A stretch of DNA of 64,000 bases from Octopus sinensis (lineage: Eukaryota). Each line of letters begins with the position of its first letter. Positions within the stretch are counted from its first letter, which is position 1. The stretch spans positions 27,776,001 through 27,840,000 of the forward strand of contig NC_043001.1 in the NCBI RefSeq assembly GCF_006345805.1. The letters run 5' to 3'. This document shows positions 47,752 to 59,618 of this stretch, piece after piece. The notes beneath the pieces were generated by a model that saw only the letters and a program-made list of their open reading frames with translations, had not been told where the DNA came from and ran no database searches. Made by a program: the position numbers and the translations under genes.

Positions 47752-48658
47752 AAGAAATAGAATAGCACAATGTTATAATGGATGATAATGATGTTGACTA
47801 GGAGTGGTAGGCTTGGAATTGAGTCACCTAAGAATTAGATTGAAAATATATACAGGTAAAGGATTCTTGTTAGCAGTTGGTATCTTCTGAAATATTATTC
47901 AAAGCATTGCTCTTTTTTGTCTTCTGGTACATCAACATACAGCTGTTGTGTGCATACAGAATCGTTTCATAAATGGTGCATTTATATAAACTTTACTAGG
48001 CCAGACCCATTTGTACAAATGTTAAGAATAGCTAAGTTAAGATAAATGTAATCTTTTAGCTGTTGGATTGTAGCCATGCTGGGCACTGCTTTGAAGAGTT
48101 TAGTTGGACAAATTGAGTTCAGTATTTATTTATTTAGCCTTGTGCTTATTTTATCAGTTTCTTTTCTTGAACTGCTAAGTTACAGGGATGTAAACAAACA
48201 CCAATTGTTAAGCGGTGGAGAGGTAAAAAAGGGGGCATGTGTGTATGTATATATATACAAACACACATGTAGCAGTTTCAGTGTGGTTTGTCTAGTTTAC
48301 ACCTCATCCTATACGTCTTGTAGTCTTTTCACCCTTCTCTTTTGTTCTTATGTATACACTTGTAATGTCTCATTCCGTTGATATTGCCTCACTTTCTCCA
48401 GTTTACAATTTATGAATTTCTTGACATTTGGTCGCGCATTCTCCTAGTCTTCCTGAATTGTCTCCCTTGTATCAAAGTTTGGAAAATGCCGTTCCATAAT
48501 AGAGATAAAACGAGTATTTGCATTGAAGACTAGAATTCAGATAGATGATAAGGAGTTTCAGCTGTATATAGAATGTGTCACAGTTGTAGATTTTAAAATG
48601 TTTATCAAGTGAGTGTGTATACAATACGATAGTTAATATTTGAAAATGTTTGTTAGAT

Positions 48659-49003
48659 AGGCACAGGAGTGGCTGTGTGGTAAGTAGCTTGCTTACCAAC
48701 CACATGGTTCTGGGTTCAGTCCCACTGCATGGCACTTTGGGCAAGTGTCTTCTACTATAGCCTCGGGCCGACCAAAGCCTTGTGAGTGGATTTGGTAGAC
48801 AGAAACTGAAAGAAGCCCGTCGTATGTATGCATATGTGTGTCAGTATTTGTTCCCTCAACATTGCTTGACAACCGATGCTGATGTGTTTACATCCCTGTA
48901 ACTTAGTGGTTTGGCAAATGAGACTGATAGAATAAGTACTCTGCTTGACTAAAGGCAGTGATCCAGCATGGCCACGGCCAAATGACTGAAACAAGTAAAA
49001 GAA
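48659..49003 (+). mobile_element. Family B SINE
   Basis: Same head and tail as 45598, 49443 and 62590 copies. Confidence 0.9.
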
Positions 49004-49442
49004 TATTCGCTTTTCTATTTTGTTTCAGTTTATTCTGTGTACTGTGCGTATCACCTCTAGCTTTCATTGTTATTTTTCATTTACTTATATGCTTGCTTGC
49101 TGTCCCCTCTTTTAACCTTTTCTAACTAGTTGTGCACCTGAGCTCTGAATACAGTAAGCTAATTATTGTTATATTTTGTAAACAAACTTTGGACGCATGT
49201 TTGGTATTTTACAGACAGAGATTATTGTCAGTGGGGTGTAGGTTCAAGTCACATGGCTATCTGCTGACAACTTTTTCCATCTTCTAAGGATAAAATACCC
49301 AATCTTACTGCTGTTTTCATGGCTGTACTGTGTTCGAAATATTATTACCAGTTAATGAATAGGAAAATTATTATTTCTAAATCTTTCAACAAGAGACATT
49401 CAGTAACAATACTCTAAAGTAAAGATTATTTGTCAATGTAAT

Positions 49443-49815
49443 GTGGCTGTGTGGTAAGTAGCTTGCTTAGCAACCACATGGTTCTGGGTTCATTCCCACT
49501 GCGTGGCACCTTGGGCAAATGTCTTCTACTATAGCCTAAGGCCGACCAAAGCCTTGTGAGTGGATTTGGCAGACGGAAACTGAAAGAAACCTGTCATATA
49601 TATATGTATGTGTATATGTTTGTGTGTTTGTCTCCCCAACATCACTTGACAACCGATACTGTTGTATTTTCGTCCCAGTAACATAGTGGTTCGGCAAAAG
49701 ATACCGATAGAATAAGTACTAGGCTTACAAAGAATAAGTCCTGGGGTCGATATGCTCGACTAAAGGCGGTGCTCCAGCATGGCCGCAGTCAAATGACTGA
49801 AACCAGTAAAAGAGT
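49443..49815 (+). mobile_element. Family B SINE
   Basis: Near full length with internal (TA/TG)n. Confidence 0.9.
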
Positions 49816-49920
49816 CCCGGTTGAAATGAATGTTACTGTCATTAGCTATCTATTGTTCACATCAACCATGTGTATAAAAAAATAAAGAACAAAAAACAAG
49901 ATAATTAGATAATTAACATT

Positions 49921-49926
49921 TTTATT
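49921..49926 (-). terminator. Polyadenylation signal of the TMEM243-like gene
   Basis: AATAAA on the - strand, followed about 20 nt later by U/GU-rich ttgttttttgttctttattt. Confidence 0.65.
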
Positions 49927-50195
49927 AATTTAATTTATGAATAACTTATTGGAATAAGTCTAGGAATGAGATGACATTTACGAGAATACTTCAGTGAAAA
50001 TATTTCACCAACAAAATAAGATAGAGCTGATTTGTTCAACAAGTGTACCTATTACGTCTGGGGTAGTCTGAAAGTTTATATTTTTACAAAGGCTTCTTTG
50101 TTGCTGATAATTCTCTCTATCCTCCTTGCTAAACGCTGAACATGTTGACAGATGAGGTTATACAGTTAAAATGAAAAATATTTGTGTTAAATATT

Positions 50196-50309
50196 TCAAC
50201 GGAAGAGCAAGACATCAGTGAAGATAGCTTCAAGGAAGACGCATCCACCAACAAAATAGAGGAACCAGGTTTTCTCTCTTGAAAGATCACCTTTGCGGAT
50301 GAAATTCAC
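50196..50309 (-). CDS. TMEM243: TMEM243-like last coding exon: VNFIRKGDLSREKTWFLYFVGGCVFLEAIFTDVLLFR*
   Basis: ctattttgtag|GTG acceptor on the - strand; open 114 nt to TGA; poly(A) signal 270 nt further on. Confidence 0.75.
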   Translation of the reverse strand: MNFIRKGDLSREKTWFLYFVGGCVFLEAIFTDVLLFR

Positions 50310-53300
50310 CTACAAAATAGATTACAGGAGAATAATCATAATTTGTTATATTGAATATGAATGCAGGTTAAATTTTTAATTAATCATTATTTTGAAAGCC
50401 CTTATTTATTTTTTTCTACTCTCTGAATCTCTTCTGTTCAACTCTCTTTTAAAAATATTTTTTAGTATATCAGTTAGTAAGAATAAAACTGAACAATTTC
50501 ACAATTATATTTAAAATTCCATTAGATCTGAATTCCTCATTCATCGATTACATTCAATCTTTATGATCAAGCAGCATGAATAAATGCAATTATAAGCAAA
50601 AATATTATTCCTGGTAAATAGCTATGGAATAAAACCATCAGATTTTTAACTCTCGGAGTTCCTTCAGAATTTGAATGTTCTTTCCTTGAAGGTATAATTT
50701 GTTGTGAAGTGATGCAAAACTTGCACACTGGGGTTGATCTAATTGACTGCCCTCCCCACCTCCCCCAAAATTTCGAGCCTTGTTCCTAGAATAGAAAAGA
50801 ATGTAGTCAACACTTCTTGCTCGTGAATATAAATCTAATTTTACTTCAAGGCGTTATGTGATCAATACCCATTATTTTAGTTTGACAGGGCCCAAATCTC
50901 TAAGAAAAGTGCAAGTATGAAGAGTAAATTAAGCACAATCATTTAATCTGGGATTGAACTTGGAACACAGATTTGAGCCATTGAGAGTTTAACACCACTC
51001 AGTAGTATTCAAACTTCACAGAGCTAATAAGGGAGCTTCTATGGTCTTGACTTGCTAGGAATAGCATGTAAATACACCCTTGAGGAGAGCCCCTTCGGTC
51101 ATGAATGACCATGGGATTGCACCTAGAAAGTTACCCTCCGAGGCACAAGTCCGGGCAAGGTTGCTTATGGAAGACCAGCAGTCGCCCATGCATATCAGCC
51201 TCCCCTCTCCACACCACCAGAGTTATCCAAAGGAAAGGCAAAGGCCAATACAGCTTGGCACCAGTGATGTCACAATTCATTTCTACAGCTGAGTTAACTA
51301 GAGCAACGTGAAATAAAGTGTCTTGCTCAAGAACATCAAGAACACAACATGCAGCCCGCTCTGGGAATCAAAATCACAACCTCACAATCGTAAGCTTGAC
51401 GCCCTCACCACTGAGCCATGCGCCTTCACTCATGGCTTAAAAAAGGAAGTATGCATTATACAATATAGTCATCATTTAACATTCACTTTTCTATGCTTGC
51501 ATGGCAAGCCAAGACGCTGTACCAGGCTCCAATCTGATCTGGCAAGGTTCCTACAGCTGGATACCCTTCCTAATGCCAACCCTCCGAGAGTGTATGTGCC
51601 ACTGGCACAAGGGTCAGTCAGGCAGCACTCGCATCAGCCACTTTCGGATGGTGCTTTTTATGTGCCACCAGCACAGGTGCCAGTCAGGAGGCACCAGCAT
51701 TGACCATGTTTAGATGGTGCTTTTTACATGCCACCAGCACTGGTGCCAGTCAGGTGGCACTGGCATCTTCCACAAATACAATTTCCATTTACTTTTGATT
51801 TTACTTGACTCAATAGGTCTTCCCAAGCACAGCATATTGCCTGATGATTCAAAGGTACTTTTAAATGGACTGGTTATGCAACATGGCTGTGATCTCACTT
51901 TACTTGCCGGGTTATTGGCCACGATTTGATTTCACCTCAACAGGTCTTCTCAAGCACAGCGTATCGCCTGATGATTCAAAGGTACTTTTAAATGGGTTGG
52001 TTATGTGACACTGGTATTGCCACAGCTGTGATCTCACTTTACTAGCCAGGTCTTCTCAATCACAGCATATCTCCAAAAGTCTCGGTCTCTTGTCATTGGC
52101 TCTGTGAGGCCCAACGTTCGAAGACTGTGCTTCACCACCTCATCCCATGTCTTGCTGAGTTTCCCTCTTCCATGGGTTCCTTCCAGTGTTAGGACGTGAC
52201 ACTTCTTCACACAGCTGTCCTCATCCATACACAGCACATGACCATACCAGCGCAGTCGTCTCTCTTATACACCAAATCTGATGCTTATGTCCAACATTTC
52301 TCTCAGGGTGCTTACTCTCTGTTGTGTATGCGCATTAACATTACACATCCAGCAGATCATCCTAGCTTCATTTCTTTCAAGCCTACACATGTCCTCAACA
52401 GTCACGACCCATGTTTCACTGCCGTGTACCACGGTTGTTCACACACATGCATCATAAAGTCTACTTTTCACTCTGAGTGAGAGGCTCTTTGTTACCAGCA
52501 GAGGTAGGAGCTTTCTGAACTTTGCCCAGGCTATTCAAAAATTCTAGTGGCAACATTCTCAGAGCATCCACCTCCTCTACAGACTTGGTCACCTAGGTAG
52601 CAAATGCTGTCAACTACTAGTTTCTCCCTCTGGCATGTGAAGGAATCTGTTTTCTGTACATCTTTGGTGTTTATTGTCCCTGTGCATCTGCCACACTCAA
52701 AAACTATCTTACCAGTTCACCTTTCTCTGATATTGCTGCACCTCTTATGTATCCATAGCTTACACTGGGTAGATCTTATGGAGTTTCTACCTCTGCCTTT
52801 TCTACAGATTGAGCAGAGCCATCTACCTGAAGGGGTTTGTGATTTGTCCACCTTCCAACTTACTAGGACTTTGGTTTTTGCTAAATTGACTCTAAGGCCC
52901 TTCGATTCTAGACCTTGCTTCCATACTTGAAACTTCATCTCTAGTTCTGATAGTGACTCAGTTATGAGAGCAAGGTCATCAGCATAGAGGAGCTCCCAGG
53001 GGCTGTCTGTCTTCAATTCCTCTGTTATTGCCTGCAGGACTATGATGAAAAAGAGAGAGCTGAGGACTGATCCTTGGTGAACCACTACTTCTACCTGGAA
53101 TTCTTCACTATACTCATTGCCAACCCTCATCTTACTGACAGCATCCCTGTACAGGGCTTGTACAGCTCTTGTCAACCACTCATCTAACCCTAGTTTTTGC
53201 AATGACTACCAGATAAGCTTTCTCCAAGTCAACAAAAGCCATGTACAGAAGTTTATCTTTGGCTAAGTATTTCTCCTGCCTTTGCCTTACCAGTAATATA

Positions 53301-56300
53301 GCATCAGTGGTGCTTCTACCTGGCACAAAACCAAACTGCACCTCATCTAAGCTAACTCTCTCTAATTAGTTGGGCTATGATCCTCTTTCCATGACCTTCA
53401 TCATGTGATCCAGCAATTTGATACCCCTGTAGTTATTTCTAAGGCGTTATTTTTACCTTTGTAGCAGCTGACTATGGTGCTGCTACACCAGTCATTGGGT
53501 ATGACTCCATGAATTTCCTGATTTACAATATGGGTGACTGGACCATAACCCACAAAATCAGATATTTTAAACATCTCAGTGGTGATTCCTGATGGGCTGG
53601 GGGCTTTCCCTGTCTTCATATCCTAAATTGCTTTATCTACCAGGGTACTGTTGATTCGGGTAGCTGGTCCTTCAATTGGGTCAACATTTGGCAATGGATT
53701 GTCTACAATAACATCAATCAAAAATGATCATGGTCCAAGGATAATGAACCAGCACAAACCACGTTGAAAGCTGAATTGCATCAAAAAAAGGCCATGCTAT
53801 CAATTTGGTGGGATTACAAAGGTGTTGTGTATTTTAAGCTGCTTCCAAGGAACCAAATGATCAATTCAGATGTTTACTGTCAACAACTAATGAAACTGAC
53901 GGAAGCAATCAAATAAAAATGGTCAGAATTGACAAATCAGAAAGGAATTGTGTTCCACTATGACAACACTACAACATACACATATTTGCTAACTCATGAA
54001 AAATTATTGGAGCTTGGTTGGGATGTAATGTCACATCCACCATATAGCCCTGACCTTGCACCATCAGATTACCATTTATTTCAAAGTTTGCAAACTTCTT
54101 TGAATGGTAAAACATTCAATAATGCTGGTGACCTGAAATCGCACTTGCTTCAGTTTTTGGCTGATAAAAACTAGAAGTTCTATGAGTGCAGAATCATGAA
54201 ATTGCCAGAAAGATGGCAAAAGGTCATCAAACAAAATGAAAAATATATAATTGATTATAGTTCATTCTTTATATTAAAAAAAATGACTTTTATTTCACAT
54301 TAAAAAAAAACGAAATTACTTTCTTGCCAACCCAATATATATATATATATAGTGGGCTTCTCTCAAAACCCACTCACAAGGCTCAGGTTGGCCCAGGATT
54401 ATAACAGAAAACTCTAGCCCCAGGTACCACACAGTGGAACTGAACTCAAGACCACATGGTAGAGAAGCAAGCGTCTTAGCTACACAGGCATGCCTGTACC
54501 TAAAAGTAGTTATTACTAATATAAAAAGAAGAGGATATGAGTCATGGCTGGAACACTCTTTATTAATGCAGAGCTGGGTCTAGACAACAACAACAACAAC
54601 TCGGACTTTAAATAACAATTTTATGACATAAGAAAAGACTTACCATCAGAAGCTCTATAACAACAAATCCAATTAGTGATAGTCCAAGCATAAAATATAG
54701 AGCACCATTTGCTTGCTGATGGACACCTTGGTAAATGCTCAGTGATATTGTGACCTGGAAAATAGAGACAAACATCTTGAAACATAGTTGTAAATGCTAC
54801 ATTCCTTAGATACAGATTTTTGTAAATGGCAATCTCTACAGTTCAAGGAATGGCATTTTGACTGCAAAACATATACACCAACCAAGCAAATTAGAAAGTT
54901 CTTATGTGGTCACTTGATCAGCTAGAAATGGCAGCCAAATTGCCATTTCACAACATCCAGCCATCTTAAAAGGGATATTAGATGTTTTGGCACAGTTGTT
55001 TTGATTCAACACTCACTTATTTGACATCAGACATTTCACTGCTTCTCTTGTTCTTTCCAGCTTTCTCTCACTTTCAGTTTATCTGTGTGAGCATCTAGTT
55101 ATGTCTATATGTATATGTAATCTCTCTCCATACATATTTATATGTCTATGTGCGGTGAGCTGGCAAAAACGTTAGTGCGCTGGGCAAAATGCTTAGCGGT
55201 ATTTCGCCTGCTGTTACGTTTCTGAGTTCAAATTTCACCGAGGTCGACTTTGCCTTTCATCCTTTCCGGGTCGATAAATATAGTACCAGTTACGCACTGG
55301 GGTCAATGTAATTGACTTAATCACTTTGTCTGTCTTTGTTTGTCCCTTCTATGTTTAGCCCCTTGTGGGCAATAAAGAAATATATATGTCTATGTGTGTG
55401 TGTATTTCTGCATGAGTGTGTAATTGCCTCCAGTGCCAAAAAAGTACTGTAAGACAAAACAAAAAAAGAACAGGTTGAATGTCTGTCCAGTCAGCGGCAC
55501 CAGATAATCAGTATCCAAACAAGGGCACCAAATTGTTTCATTCTGATCTTAAAACAAGGGGACTTGTTGAAATAATGTAATTCTGAACTGAGACTGCTTG
55601 TTAAGAAAGAAAAATGCAATGGGCATGGCTGGAAAACTTTTGATCATAGGTCTGCTGGACTGAAGTGGGGTTGGGGCTAGATAGCAATATATATATCCCA
55701 ATAATCCAAGCAATAGTAGGGATTTGAGGGACCTCCCTAATCTCTTGTCGAGTCAAATATGTTGAGGTTGAAACAACAATAATTTAAGCACTAGGTCAGT
55801 ATTTTGGTGGAATGGGTAAAATGATTATGTTGACCCCTTGTACATGACTGGTGTCTTATTTCATTGACTACAAAAGGATGAAAGACAAAGTTGACATTGG
55901 TGGAATGTGAACTTGGAATTTTATTTATCAACCCTGAAAGTATGAAAGGCAAAATTGACTCCAGTGACATTTGAACTCAGAACATGAAGACATGAAATAC
56001 CGCTAAGCATTTTACCCAGCGTGCTAACAATTCTGCTAGCTCACCACCTTAATAATTATAATAATAATAATAATAATGTACTAAAGGCACATGGCCTGAA
56101 ATTTGGGGGAGCGGAATAGTCAATGTACTCGACTCCAGTACTCAGTTGGTACTTATTTTATTGGCCCTGAAAGGATGTATTTGAGGAATTTGAACCCAGA
56201 ACATGGAGATAGATGAAATGCCACTAAGCATTTTGCCCAGCATGCTAGCAGTTCTACCAACTTACTGCCTTAATAATAATAATAATGGTTTCAAATTTTG

Positions 56301-58895
56301 GCACAAGGCCAGCAGTTTTGAGAGAGAAAGTTGATTACATCAACCCCAGTGATCACCTGGTACTTATTTGATCGACCTTGAGTTGGCTTTGGTGGAATTT
56401 GAACTCACAACGTAAATGCAGATAGCATGCTAACAATTCTCACAGTTCGCCAACTTAATAATAATAATAATAACAAAAGCACTCAGAGAGTACAAACATT
56501 TGCCAAGGCAACACCAACATTCTCTCAACGATTTGTCGGAGATGATTTTTAAAATGAGAATATCTGAAATAAACTCCACTGCTCTCACAAACGGAAATAC
56601 TAAAAATGAACCCGACCACTCTCAAAAGTTAAGTAAAAAACCTAGAAAAATAATCCAGAATCCTTGTCCGGTACCAGATCGATCCCAAAATCTAATCAGG
56701 TCATGCTAGTCATGAGGTCAAACATCCCTGAAAGTTTCTTCCAAATCCATCAAGCAGTTCTTGAGATATCTTGTTCATGGACAAACAAACAAACAAACAC
56801 AACTGAAAACAATACCTCTGTCTTTGTTAAGGCGGAGGTAATAATCCTTTCTAATAAAGGCACAAGGCCTGAAATTTTGGAGGAGAGGACCAGTCGATTA
56901 CATCCACAAGAAGAAATACTTTGAAAAGAAAGAAACCACACCAATAAAAGTGTTTGTTTCATTGAATAAGATTGTCAGAAAATGAGTAATGATGAGTGTG
57001 TGTGTGTGTGTTTGTATGTGTGCGTGTGCACTGAAAAGCACAGCTGTCAAATATCATGTTGAAGCTTGCATAAACTTTTCAAGCTTATTATAGAGGTTAC
57101 ATCAACCTACTGATATGATTATTTTGAGCAATTAAGTTGTTATCAGATATGTAAACAAAACTGATTCCTATGAAGATGACATTTAAGTTTCTCTTCGCAC
57201 ACACATAAATTTTCTTCAAAACAATTAGGAAGCTGCTGTATTGTCTCACCACTGATAGAAATAAATAGCAAACTTCTCACAAATCACATTCTACCACCTT
57301 AATGTCGTTTCCAAATTTCTGGCAGAGTGAATTGTGTCATCGTGGTGTTTTTCTCACAGACAGTGCCCGATTGACCCTACTATATTGTGTAGTCAACAAA
57401 ATCAAAAACAAAAAAAAATGAGCATGTACAAAATAAAAAATAGAAAATGGCAACTATTTACCCATCGCACCCAGTATGTTTTTATGTGCTACTATTAGTT
57501 TGATGTGTTTAGAACATGCCAAACATTGTTTTGTAACACGTCAGGTGTCCCAGCATAATCAAACATTGCCCATATGGCATAATAAACAAAAATGGGACAA
57601 GGGAAAAATCAAGACACCAGACGTGTTATAATGTATTGTTTGGCATGTTCTCAACATATGAAACTATTAGTACTACATATAAACATGTATTGTGTCTATT
57701 AACCCTTTAGTGTTCGCATTATTCTGCCAAAATTAATGCTTCTTTATCCAAATTGTTTGGAATTAATTATACATTATCCTGTAGCTATGAGATTTTGATG
57801 AGGTAGCTGTTAATTTTTAAAACAATATTATAGGGTTGGTGTGAGAGACCAGATCTGGCCAGTTTGATCATAAAACAGGTAGAATATTTTTGGCCGGATA
57901 TGGCCGGTTTAAATAATATTTCTCTCTCACCAGATGGAGTACCTTCTTTGTTGATCTTAACAATACATTATATATATATACTCTTTTATTTGTCTCAGTC
58001 ATTTGACTGCAGCAATGTTGGAGTACCAATTTCTTTATTTTGGCACACAGGCCACTAACACAGAGGGGACACTACAAGGACAGACACAACACCACAGTGG
58101 GGGACAAAAAACACAAAACGAATGAGTATGAATATTATATAATAATGAAAGATGAATGGCTGCATGGGCCCCACTCCTCATGCAGTACCATTTGAATGTT
58201 TGTACACACATTCACTATCTGTGAATACCACCTTTAGTCGAACAAATTGACCCCAGGACATTTTCTTTGCAAGCCTAGTACTTATTCTATCAGTCTCTTT
58301 TGCCAAACCACTAAGTTATGGAGATGTAAACACACCAACATCAGTTGTCAAGCGATATTGGGGGGGACAAATATAGACACACAAACATACACACACACAC
58401 ACACACATACACACACACACACACACACACCACACACACACACATACGACAGGCTTCTTTCAGTTTCCGTTGACCAAATCCACTCATAAGGCTTTGGTCG
58501 GCTCGAAGCTATAGTAGAAGACACTTGCCCAAGGTGCCATGCAGTGGGACTGAACCCGGTGGTTGGTAAGCAAGCTACTTACCACACAGCCACTCCTGCA
58601 CCTATATATATATATATATATATATATAATTTAACTATTTCCTGCTTATTCCTAATTATTAATACACACACACACATACACATGCAAGAATGGTCAGTGA
58701 AAAGGAAATACTTACAAATACCATAAGGATGAGAGTTCCAACAAATATTACTTGTGCCGTTTTCTGAAAGAAAGAAAAACAAATAGAGAATCAAATTTGG
58801 TTAAAAACCATTGTGCTACATATGTAGGAGTTGTGTATAAACGATTAATTTTGGTGTACTACTAGATGACCTTCAGAAGATGCGAATATTGACAT
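50196..58895 (-). CDS. TMEM243: Small three-TM membrane protein gene, TMEM243-like; exons 58895-58863 (tentative), 58763-58716, 54754-54644, 50309-50196
   Basis: Phase-0 exons splice to MSIFASSEGHL|KTAQVIFVGTLILMVF|VTISLSIYQGVHQQANGALYFMLGLSLIGFVVIELLM|VNFIRKGDLSREKTWFLYFVGGCVFLEAIFTDVLLFR* (101 aa). Three hydrophobic helices; RKGDL resembles TMEM243 RQGDL. Family call is by recognition, not by search. Confidence 0.65.
51081..51430 (-). mobile_element. tRNA-derived SINE (family E)
   Basis: - strand A box ggctcagtgg, B-box-like ttttgattcc, and cttgagcaagacactt domain. Confidence 0.75.
51468..53693 (-). mobile_element. 5'-truncated RTE-clade LINE (decayed RT plus 3' UTR ending in the family C tail)
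   Basis: GKAPSPSG, HQGSVLS..FIIV, LLYADDL, GLRVNLAKTK, zinc-finger-like CSIC...QCKLWIH, RGKLSKTWDEVV; many stops and frameshifts; tail gttaaatgatga. Confidence 0.92.
53694..54337 (+). mobile_element. Mariner (DD34D-type) transposon 3' half
   Basis: WWDYKG, FHYDN, HPPYSPDLAPSDYHLF, KLPERWQKVI; terminal repeat aattactttcttgccaacccaa-TA. Confidence 0.92.
54644..54754 (-). CDS. TMEM243: TMEM243-like exon: VTISLSIYQGVHQQANGALYFMLGLSLIGFVVIELLM
   Basis: ctattttccag|GTC acceptor and ATG|gtaagt donor; 111 nt, phase 0/0. Confidence 0.78.
55153..55382 (+). mobile_element. Family A SINE with 14-bp TSD
   Basis: TSD tatatgtctatgtg at 55139-55152 and 55383-55396. Confidence 0.9.
55785..56455 (-). mobile_element. 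Cluster of about four older family A-related SINEs separated by (TAA)n
   Basis: Repeated gtacttattt...gaaagg...tttgaactcagaac...ctaagcatttt motifs. Confidence 0.7.
56473..56842 (-). mobile_element. Non-autonomous Helentron-like (HINE/DINE-type) element
   Basis: - strand: attacctccgcc...gaggtattgttttc 5' end, (TTTG)n microsatellite, 3' ccttggc...ctctctgagtgcttttgtt. Confidence 0.65.
57475..57687. repeat. Inverted repeat / foldback MITE, arms about 75 bp
   Basis: 57475-57549 pairs with 57613-57687 (agaacatgccaaaca / tgtttggcatgttct). Confidence 0.8.
57699..57915. mobile_element. Family D piggyBac-like MITE, one end truncated
   Basis: ttaaccctttag start; internal sequence shared with 62112-62289. 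Confidence 0.65.
58233..58601 (-). mobile_element. Family B SINE (antisense) with internal (CA)n
   Basis: Reverse complement of the 60100 and 62590 copies. Confidence 0.9.
58716..58763 (-). CDS. TMEM243: TMEM243-like exon: KTAQVIFVGTLILMVF
   Basis: tttttctttctttcag|AAA acceptor and TTT|gtaagt donor; 48 nt, phase 0/0. Confidence 0.72.
58863..58895 (-). CDS. Tentative first coding segment of the TMEM243-like gene: MSIFASSEGHL
   Basis: acgATG with A at -3, upstream ttgcag acceptor at 58919-58920, weak donor CTA|gtagta; 99-nt intron. Confidence 0.4.
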
Positions 58896-58935
58896 CGTTT
58901 AGTACTGTTGAAACAGACCTGCAACACTTGTTCTG

Positions 58936-59367
58936 TTCACAGAGCCAATAAGGGAGCTTCTATGGTCTTGACTTGCTAGGAATAGCATGTAAACACACTC
59001 TTGAGGAGACTCCCTTCAGTCACGACTGACCATGGGATTGCACCTAGAAAGTTACCCTCCGAGGCACCAGTCCGGGCAAGGTTGTTTATGGAAGACCAGC
59101 AGTCGCCCATGCATACCGGCCTCCCTTCTCCATGCCAACAGTGTTATCCAAGGGACCAAGTCTGTAGAGGAGGGGGATGCTCTGAGAATGTTGCCACTAG
59201 AATAAGAATAGCCTGGGCAAAGTTCAGAAAGCTCCTACCGTTGCTGGTGACAAAGGGCCTCTCACTCAGAGTGAAAAGTAGACTTTATGATGCATGTGTG
59301 TGAACAACTGTGGTACACGGCAGTGAAACATGGGCCATGACTGTTGAGGACATATGTAGGCTTGAAA
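58936..59367. other. Chimeric local duplication: direct copy of 51015-51233 fused to an inverted copy of 52375-52590
   Basis: Read-by-eye alignment; flanked by ttgaaacagacct at 58908-58920 and 59362-59374. Confidence 0.75.
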
Positions 59368-59618
59368 CAGACCTAATGTGTTCCATCTTTGACCATCCTG
59401 TCCTTTTGTATGTCAAGGACTACATTGTCCATGGTGTCTTTCCTTTTTGAAGGAAGTAGAGTATGATTTGACGTGAATGTGTGAAGGCAGCAGATTGATA
59501 GAATTATAAGAACATTAGATAAAATATGCCATTTGTGCTGATTTTTGTTTAACATTCTGGTTAAGAAGTTAAGTTCCCCATTGTGTGGTTTCAGGTTCAG
59601 TCCCACTGTGTGACAACC

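Noticed and set aside
44073-49900. EIF4EBP3-like exons or MASK-4E-BP read-through as in vertebrates
   Set aside because: No 4E-BP-like peptide was recognised; the downstream neighbour is a convergent membrane-protein gene.
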